A stretch of DNA of 63,065 bases, the filler included, from Vannella sp. (Eukaryota), in NCBI GenBank assembly GCA_023345925.1. It is 5 parts of 5 records of this genome, joined end to end, with 100 filler letters (N's around TTAATTAATTAA, not from the genome) between each part and the next. Parts side by side here need not be neighbours in the genome. Positions count along the whole stretch, not along the records: positions 38,046 to 63,065 come from JAJQQN010000980.1; 4 more parts are not named here. One strand, 5' to 3'. This document shows positions 55,709 to 63,065 of this stretch, piece after piece. The notes under the pieces are model-generated. The model ran no database searches. It was not told the DNA's origin and worked only from the letters and a program-made list of their open reading frames with translations. The translations under genes were made by a program, and so were the position numbers. Position 1 is the first letter of the stretch; every line of letters begins with the position of its first letter.

Positions 55709-55995
55709 TTCAGAAAACAGTGAGCCACAGGATTGGATTGAATGATCACAATTGTCCACAGGAAGGATTCTTTGTCCCAAAATTCTGAACCCTCGGGGAA
55801 GTTCTCTCCCAGTCATCTAATGGACCCAAAAGCCCAGAGTTCAAGCAGTTCTTCCTGCTTGTAATGGCTATGAGGTAATGCAAGCCGAAATGGACTCTGG
55901 TCGGAATGCTCCGAGTGTCACTGAGTTCAAGCAAGAAACGGTCCTCTGATGGTTCTGATGGGCAGTGAGACTTTGTAGAGGAGTTAAGGAAAAGA

Positions 55996-56789
55996 ATGAA
56001 ATGGAACAGGACATTCATGCAGGGCGAGGTGGTCGAGGAGGCAGCTCGGATTGCTCTCAAGCATATCGTGATCATCCATAACGTTGGGTGGCCCGAACGG
56101 GCGGAGCAGTTTCGATTAGATGCGTTGAACACATCAGGGCGCAGTGACATGCTGGCCCGCTGTCTACAATCAGCTATCTTCCTTTCCCACGGAACTCGCC
56201 GCGACCTCATGGTCAGTGAGACCCTGGACGACCTCACTACCTCCATCTCACAGATACAAAGGTTTGGATCTGCTTTGAGGCTCATGGGAAGTCCATCGGG
56301 TTCCACGGGGACCGCATTCGACATCTTCGCCCTGATGAGCGGAACGCCGCTGATCTGCTCCAAAAGGCCTTCTACTGGGCAGATGAGGATCGAGCCTTCG
56401 ACGAAACAAGCTTGCCGAAGAAGTACAAGTGCCTGCGGGGGGTCTACTGGCATCCTGGTGCCTTCACAAGCCTCTTTGGGAAGCTCTGTGGGGTGTTGAG
56501 TGACATTCCCTGGTTCTATCTCACAGAGAATGGCCCTGATGCCCTTCAACACCCCTCTTTCATACGTAGCCAAGACTTGCAGCGAGCTGGCATCATCCTA
56601 GGGGACCCTGATGGCTTGACCGAGGCACAAGAGGATACAATCGCCCACTACTCCTTGACAGAAGGAGAGGCAGGCTCGAAGATAGATTCGATCAGTCTTG
56701 GAACCATCCCTCTCCTTGCAAGTCACTGCATCGTTATCTTCCTGTTCCTCCTGGAGAACCGAGTGTTGGCGAAACAAACGAAAGGTTGA
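55996..56789 (+). CDS. trmY: TrmY-like SPOUT methyltransferase (tRNA pseudouridine-54 N1-methyltransferase family); intron 56212-56261
   Basis: FRLDALNTSGRSDMLARCLQSAIFLSHGTRRD, LRPDERNAADLLQKA, FYLTENG, IILGDPDG and ISLGTIPLLASHCIVI match the TrmY signature. Splicing the 50-nt intron gives about 247 aa. Confidence 0.88.
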
Positions 56790-56825
56790 ACGCGACAAGG
56801 CCGCTCTATTAGTTGCATTGGGAGG

Positions 56826-57619
56826 CTACACAGTGTGTGAGAGGCTTGTGCCATGCTGGAAGTTGTTCCAAGACTCCTTAGCAAGGGCTTCCTTCAACTC
56901 TTCGTGGGTTCTTCCGCCAGACAGGAAGGCTTCCTCCACCAGGCGGTAGGATTCAGCTGTTGGCTTGATGCCATGACGTCCCATGGCACCGTAGAAGTAG
57001 TATTTGACGTAACCAAGCAGCCCCTTGGCAGCGTAGTAGCCGACATGCCCTGCAAACATGTTCTCCGTCACTGGATACTCTGGATGCTCCTTCTTCATGG
57101 TGAAGAGGTAGCTAGATGCCCTCTGGATCTTTCCTGTCTTTGCACAGCTAACAGTAAGGTAACGGTAGTGGTCCTGAGAGATCGGGAATCCGTATCGCTG
57201 CATGTAGCGGATGAGGTTCTTAATCACATCGTACTCATTAGCCTCAAAGAGGGCCTGTAAGACCAAGTCGAAGTGAGGCTTCTTGATGTAGCGCAGGTGC
57301 TTCTTGTCCATCGCAATACTGCGTTTACATGAGAAAGAGGCTTTTGCTATGGAAGAGAGAGCTCTCACCTTGTCAGCTCCTGTGTTGTGATGCCTTCTGA
57401 ATTGAGGATCTCCCACAGCTTCTGATCAGGGGCTGGGTTGTAGCGCAGTTGGGAGTAGTTCCGAGGGATCGCAGTCAACTCCTCCGGAAGACCCCCTGGG
57501 GACTCTTCCAGGCGGCAGAAGCTCCTTACATTCACATTCCCTCCCATCACTCTTCCAGAAGGCACCAGCAGCGCCACCCCAGCGCGGTATCCACGCAAAC
57601 ACCCGACACGCGCCAACAT
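56826..57619 (-). CDS. Small mitochondrial PPR-like protein, one intron
   Basis: Arg-rich presequence MLARVGCLRGYRA; PPR-like units HFDLVLQAL...MQRYGFP, HYRYLTVSCAKTG...MK and M.RHGIKPTAESY. Confidence 0.7.
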
Positions 57620-57684
57620 CGCCCAGCTCTCAGGAAATGGTCCCCTCGGGCCACGTCCAGCACTGCCCCAAACCATTTATTTAT

Positions 57685-58379
57685 ATGTTGGAACAGATGA
57701 GGGGCTGGGAGGAGCACATCCAGGCCCGGAAGAGAGTGTGTGAAGACGCAAAGGCTCGGACAAGGGTGGAGAAGGTGTCCTGTGACTTCTTACATGATGG
57801 ACGGTGTGCTATAAGGATCATGCAAGTGTTCTGTGTGGTCTTCTTCAGGTCGTTGCGAGTGTATGGCCCAATTCACCTCATTCCTTTGGTCTTCTCTCCA
57901 GGTCTGGTAACCAAGCGGTGGGTTCGCGTCTCTGTTCTGTTGGTGAGTATCCTTCTGATGAAGGGAGTAGAAGATCAACGGAGGCTCTCGTAAGGGGACT
58001 GCTCCTCTCTATGATACGATCCTCACTGTTCTTTGCTCTCTACGCCAGTCTATTCTCGTTAGGATGCTGTTGTCTTCGATCTCTGTTTGGTAGAGATCAT
58101 TGGATGATCACTACAGCAGCAGGGGGACTTTCAGGTCTCTCCCTGTTGGGCGAACATCCAAGTAGATACGAGGAAGCCATCATTTACTGCTTTCCTCGCA
58201 TCAGTGAGATCGTCTTCTTGGGGCTACAGAAGAGAGGCTTGGTCTCTCTCCCTCGCCATGCTGAGGTGGGCCTCTTTGCCGTGTCGATGAGCTTTATCAT
58301 GTTCTGGATGAATCAGAAGCCTCGTCTCTTCAGTCCCATCCACCGAGGAACGATTCGTTTGATCTTTGGAAGGTATTGA
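57685..58379 (+). CDS. TMEM135-family membrane protein (C-terminal half type), one intron
   Basis: C..LH...C, F.RSLRVY.PIHLIP, RSSLF, GGLSGLSLL.E.PSR..E...YC.PR and EV.LFA.SM..IM. Confidence 0.75.
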
Positions 58380-58405
58380 AGCGATCTTCTGCCATCCCCT
58401 ACCAG

Positions 58406-59255
58406 CTAAGGAGTTGACCTCTCCTTTCCCTCCAGCCTGGCCTTCCAACAGAAGAGAATAACATAATGGTACTTTAGATGTCCCCCACTTGTAGGTGAGG
58501 ACCTGCTTGATGGAGGGACGAGCGAGAGGATCCTTTTGGAGCATCCATTGGAGAAGGCGAAGGCAGTTGTGGTCGATCTTTCGAGCAAAGGAGAGCTTTC
58601 GAGGGTAAGGCGCTCTCTTTGAAGAGCCCCAAGGGAAGCTTCCCGTGAGGAGCACGTGGAAAGTCACTCCCAAACTGAAGATATCCGCTGCTGCCACGTC
58701 AAAGTCCTCCCTTTCGAATCTCTCGGGACTGGAGTACTCCTTGGTGGCGATTGAACTGAACAGTCCGTCGTACAGGCGAGAGGAGCCCTGGCTCCATCGG
58801 TGTGCTCGACCGAAGTCGCAGAGGCGCAGCCGTCCTTTACCATCTATAAGGACATTCTCGGGTTTGATATCCAAGTGAGCTACTCGCTGGTCGTGCATTC
58901 GCTCAACCAGCGAACAGAGCTCGAGGAAGAGAAGAGTTGCACGCGAGGTGGGGAAGTGGCCTTCATAAGTTGCCTCTAAGAGGTCAAGTAGGTCTCCTGT
59001 AGCTCTATCATAGACGATAGCGCCTGTTGTTTGGTCTGCAACAACGTCGTGGACGGGAAGTCCGACTTCCTTTGAGAGTGTCCGAGAGAAGAAGACTTCT
59101 GACTGAAAGACGCTCCTTCGTACCTCAGTTTCAAGACTGAAAAGCTTAACTGCAACGCTGTGACCGTGGTGGCTTTTGGCGGATACGATGCTGCCATCCG
59201 CCCCGCTCCCCAGAACCTCTGATTCGAGGAAGGTGTACTTTGTGAGGGCTAGCAT
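58406..59255 (-). CDS. Minimal non-RD Ser/Thr kinase (paralogue 3 of 3); 3' end uncertain (58406 if a 31-nt intron 58442-58472 is spliced, 58224 if not)
   Basis: LGSGADG, VAVK, HLDIKPEN, DFG, SIATKEYSSPE and DIFSLG; clearly paralogous to the kinases at 23602 and 41092. Confidence 0.88.
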
Positions 59256-59470
59256 GTTGTGTATGACTCCATCTCAGCGAACCTCTTATACTCATCCTCA
59301 AGGTGACAGGAGTTCTCCTTCAAAAGCCTTCATCTCAACAATGAGCCAACGTTTGGCTCAACTTTTGTCTCAAAAACCTGAATCAGGTAATGATCATTGC
59401 CTTGTTCTGGTCACTGGGATAGTTTAATGAATTGATCTTTGTGAATAAGATCCAGTTTTTATTTGAGGCA

Positions 59471-62400
59471 ATGAACGAAGTGGCTCGCGCCTTGTCGGTG
59501 GTGCGGGGCCGTTCAGAGAGCGCCTCGACCACCACACCTGGAGAGGTGGTGCAGGCGTGTCGCTCATTAGCCGATTCATTGTCTCTCCCACGAACCAGGT
59601 GAGCTGGCGGTGGTTGAAGTGAGGGCTGGGCTCACTCGTGGACAAGGGAGCACGCGGATTACCGGAAGATCTTGAGCTTCTCCTTGGCAGCCTTGATCAA
59701 ACTGAGTAATGATGAGGCGCTTCAGGTCTGGTCGGTGGCTGAGGAGTGTCTACTGGCCATCATCAAGGTAGGCCCGCCATCTTTTGCCCCGTTTGACCTG
59801 ACCACTTCATGAATAGCCCATCCTTCGGCTTTACCCCGTCCTCATTCTCACAGAGATGCTCAAAGGCATCAAATCAGGCCATGGGCGTGCCCAAAGAACA
59901 TCATTAGAGAAGTTCTCTTCACTTTGCATTCACATCAGCTCTCAAAAGTGAGCTCATACGCTACCTGCTTACTTTGTTACCTAACCATTACTCTCAAGGT
60001 GTAGGAACTTTGTAGTTCCCCTCTTAGAGGCCATCGAGGCGATTGTGGGGAATGGTGACGTTCTGGTTCAGGAGTGTTTGGGAAAGTCAATGGACTCCAT
60101 CTGCAGTGTTATGATCTTCTTTATGCGTGAGAGTGAGGTTCAGAAGTTGGTTCAATCATTTATATTGAATCTGGCCGCTGTGGATGCCAGTGTAAGAAGA
60201 GCAGCATCGGAGGGTCTTACTGCCCTCTGTCGACATTCTCCGAAGCTGTTATTTGGGTTCGTAGCATCTATTTTGAGTGCTGAGTATGTGAAAGTGAAAG
60301 AATCTCCGTTAGAGAGCTCTTTCTCGCTACAAGGGCTTCTATTCTGCTCCACACAATTGATTAAGCTCTCGCATTCATTCTCCGGTGATGCGCTTGATCC
60401 CAGAGACCCAATGAAGAACCAAGCGCATCTTCTCATTCCCCTTCTGATGGATTGTTTTGGCAGTGTGGATCATAATGTGGTTGCAGGAGCTATCGAACTT
60501 CTCAACACCATCCTTCAGAGCTACGGAGCTTGGATTGTGGCTGGCAACTACCAGGAAGCTTCTTTTGAACACATCCTTGGGATTTTGCTCGATTTAGTGC
60601 TACCAGGTCCTCTGCGGTCAACCCCTTCACAGGAAGAGAAAATCACTCGAGTGAGTGTGGTGGCGATGTCCCTTCAAGCGATTGGATTGCTCTCTTTTTG
60701 CCACCAGGACTCTTTCAGTCAATTCTTTTCTAGTTTTAGTGCCTCACACCGGGAAGCAGTCTTGGAAGCTTTACTTTCAGGAACCAACAGCGACGATCCT
60801 CTTCTCAAGGGGAAGGCCACCCTGCTTTCCTCTTATTTGATTATCGCAAGGCTGAGGATGGATTATGATTGTGGTTCATGCTCCGCAGAGGGCATTCTGT
60901 ACTCCAATCGTCTTGAAGTGGCTAGTATCTTACATTTAGTGGTTCGAGGGATTCAGGACTCGTCGTCAGTTACAAGTCAGGAGTCCTGTCATGCTTTGAA
61001 ACTTCTTCTCCCCTTCTTAGGAGAGACTGTTCATGCCGAATCGCTTCTCCGTGTGTACACAACCCTCTTACACCAAGTCCATCCGTACTGGCTTATCCGC
61101 GTAGGAGTGCTGAAATTATTCGGAACGATGAATTTCTGGTCTCTCTGTAACCTTGAAAGAGACTCCATAGCATCTGCTGCTTCCTCACACCATATCACTG
61201 CTTATAGTAGAGAGCCCTTGCAAACTGCCATTCTTCAATTTGTTATGAGTCATTTGGAGGATGAAGATTGGAGAGTGGTTGATGCTGCATCGTTAGTCAT
61301 TGCCAAAATCATACCCCGTTTGTGCGATAATATTCAAATGCAAGACCGCGGAAGTTCTTTTATGCTTCCACAGATCCAATTGGAGCTTGTCAGCTCTGAA
61401 ATGGCAGACTCCCTGCGAGACAGTGCGACAAAGAAGAACACCATTATCGTTTTCAGATATCTCCTACATGGACTGAGTTTGGCAGATAATGAATCGGTCC
61501 TAAAGGCGTACTGTCATGCAACGACGGTTGTGTTCCGATCCTTTTGCAAAAAGGACGATGGAAAAGGCGCTTGGCTCTTTGAGACGAGTGGACTACTTGC
61601 CAGCGAGATCATTCCGCTTCTTCTAACGCGAATAACTGGTTCTGGGATCTTATTGGATATCGATTTGCATCGGGAAATCATCGACTTGTTTGGTTTGATG
61701 TTCCTGCCTTCTTGCAATGTGCTTCATCCAGATCTCCCTTCAGCTCGAATGTTCATTCCCCCTTTGCTTCGAGCTCTTTGGAAGGCAGTCTTCACGCACC
61801 TAATGCGCCTTCTCCTTCTTCTGGTGACTGTGGAACAGGCAGTTGAGCCAATGTCTGTCAAAGAGCGCGCCAAATCTCCACTGATTGGCAACTTTATGTC
61901 CCTTCCTATTTACGTTGACTTGTTCAATCACTTTTTCAAGCAGAAGAATGAAAGCGTCATCACTTCTCTGGAACCCACGAAAATGGAACTTCTGACTGAA
62001 TCTGTTTTGCTTGCCCTTTCGGGTGTTTTGAGATGTGGTGGTTCTGATTGTGTCGTCTATATTGATGAAATTGTTTCGTATTTAGGTCGATTCTTGTCTA
62101 ACTATCCTCTGGCTGTTTGCAAAGCAACGACAGAACTCTGCATCAGCTGTCTGGCAAACAATACCCCTTTATCAAGGACCCAATCTCCGCCTCGCTCTCT
62201 TGCCAGGTCTGCTAGCGAGTCCCAAGTTGGTTCTCAAGCTCCTCAGGCTCCTCGTTCACCTCAACAGAAACTCCGCAACCGGTTGAATAGAGTAGATGCC
62301 CAAGAAATCAGGAATTACCGAAAGTGCTCCATTAAGTTTAGCTGTGGAGAGCTATCTCCCACCGTTTCGCATCATTTGAGTTCTTTGCTTTCTTCCACAA

Positions 62401-63065
62401 ATGACTTGAAGCTTGGCCAAGCTCCCAAACTTCCTAGTCGACCTATCCAATCACTCCAACGCTCCGCGACAGGATTTAATCAAACTGTTCCTAACGTTGC
62501 GGAGTTGTCTAGGGAGTCTTCTGGTGGTTTATTGGCCCCAAGAAAGAGAGATTCTCTTCTACGAGGCTTTGCCAGCTTCCGTGGGGACCCAACTATTCAA
62601 AATAAGCTCGAGCAGCTCATTAGGCGGCTACTTGAAGAGTACATGGTGTCTAATAGCCTCCCTTTTCAGCAAAATCTCCTTTATCTTGCTGCTGAGATAG
62701 AGTCGCAAGGGATCCGCCTGAAAACCGTAGAGAAAGAGGGCCAATTCATTCCTTTTGTGGTGAACCAGGTGATGGGCAACCGCTCTTATCTCAAAGACCC
62801 TCCTCGTCTCCTCCCTTACATATTCAACTTGGTTAGCAAGTTGGTCTCCACCCCTTCGGAGGAAGTAGCTGTGTCGAGCATTCAACGTCTTACTTCCTGC
62901 GTATTCACGTCCCCTCAGTGGGGAGCAAGTGGACTGCTCATTCCGACGATCCACTCTCTTCTTTTCAATCTTTTTGCAGCTTCAAAGCCGCCCTCAGGGA
63001 CGGAGGAATTGAGAGATTCCTTCTTCCAAAACCTGAAAGAGAAGCTTCCTCTTGTCACAGCGGCT
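59471..63065 (+). CDS. HTT: Huntingtin orthologue (N-HEAT region; continues beyond the window)
   Basis: Three short 5' introns, then one open frame to the window end. LSNDEALQVWSVAEECLLAIIK, NLAAVDASVRRAASEGLTALCRHS, DHNVVAGAIELL, DDPLLKG, DSSSVTS, PYWLIRV, LEDEDWRV and GNFMSLPIY are collinear with conserved huntingtin motifs. Confidence 0.92.

Noticed and set aside
55996..56789. Alternative call of the SPOUT gene as the ordinary eukaryotic Nep1/Emg1
   Set aside because: It lacks the Nep1 RPDI.HQ.LL...DSPLN signature and has the TrmY-type GR.D..RC..A.FLSH and PDER motifs.
58224..58379. Apparent 156-bp coding overlap between kinase paralogue 3 and the TMEM135-like gene
   Set aside because: The extension lies beyond the point where both paralogues end, and a candidate 31-nt intron (58442-58472) would stop the protein at 58406. 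Unproven without RNA data.
1..63065. Fragmented ORFs suggesting stop-codon reassignment or programmed frameshifting
   Set aside because: Where checked (aldolase, DIS3L, ALDH, TSEN34, DENND10, HYPK, sestrin, TrmY, HTT), canonical GT-AG introns restore the frame, and TAA, TAG and TGA are all used as true stops.
1..63065. tRNA, rRNA, snRNA genes, transposase/RT ORFs or viral genes
   Set aside because: None recognised by eye. tRNAscan-SE, Infernal and profile searches would be needed to exclude divergent examples.

Overview
Gene-dense eukaryotic nuclear DNA, probably from an amoebozoan-grade protist (inference from gene content: huntingtin, sestrin, CDC25-type RasGEF, mL58, DENND10). It is not one contiguous locus. 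Five contigs (1-6767, 6868-12580, 12681-29339, 29440-37945, 38046-63065) are joined by artificial 100-nt spacers (44 N + TTAATTAATTAA + 44 N). Most genes have short (~45-60 nt) GT-AG introns, so the ORF track splits them, and many intergenic spacers are only 30-120 bp. About 40 genes or gene fragments are recognisable, including aldolase, Mps1, DIS3L, an ALDH21-like dehydrogenase, TSEN34, PUS1, a kinesin, DOLPP1, cyclophilin, DENND10, CCDC86, apyrase, HYPK, PRKRIP1, sestrin, TAF11 and huntingtin (absent from the ORF track because it runs off the window). Most notable: (1) an intron-containing homologue of the archaeal tRNA m1-pseudouridine-54 methyltransferase TrmY; (2) an intronless BM3-type P450-reductase fusion with Ser apparently replacing the haem-ligating Cys, next to a GST/pseudo-hemerythrin fusion; (3) an intronic box C/D snoRNA of the snR75/SNORD15 type enclosed in a 16-bp stem; (4) a GTPase-PH-pseudoArfGAP-PH-RasGEF fusion; (5) three dispersed paralogues of a minimal non-RD kinase; (6) a 167-bp TA-flanked MITE and a 72-nt single-LRR exon. 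All family calls come from reading motifs by eye; no searches were run, and exon boundaries are predictions.
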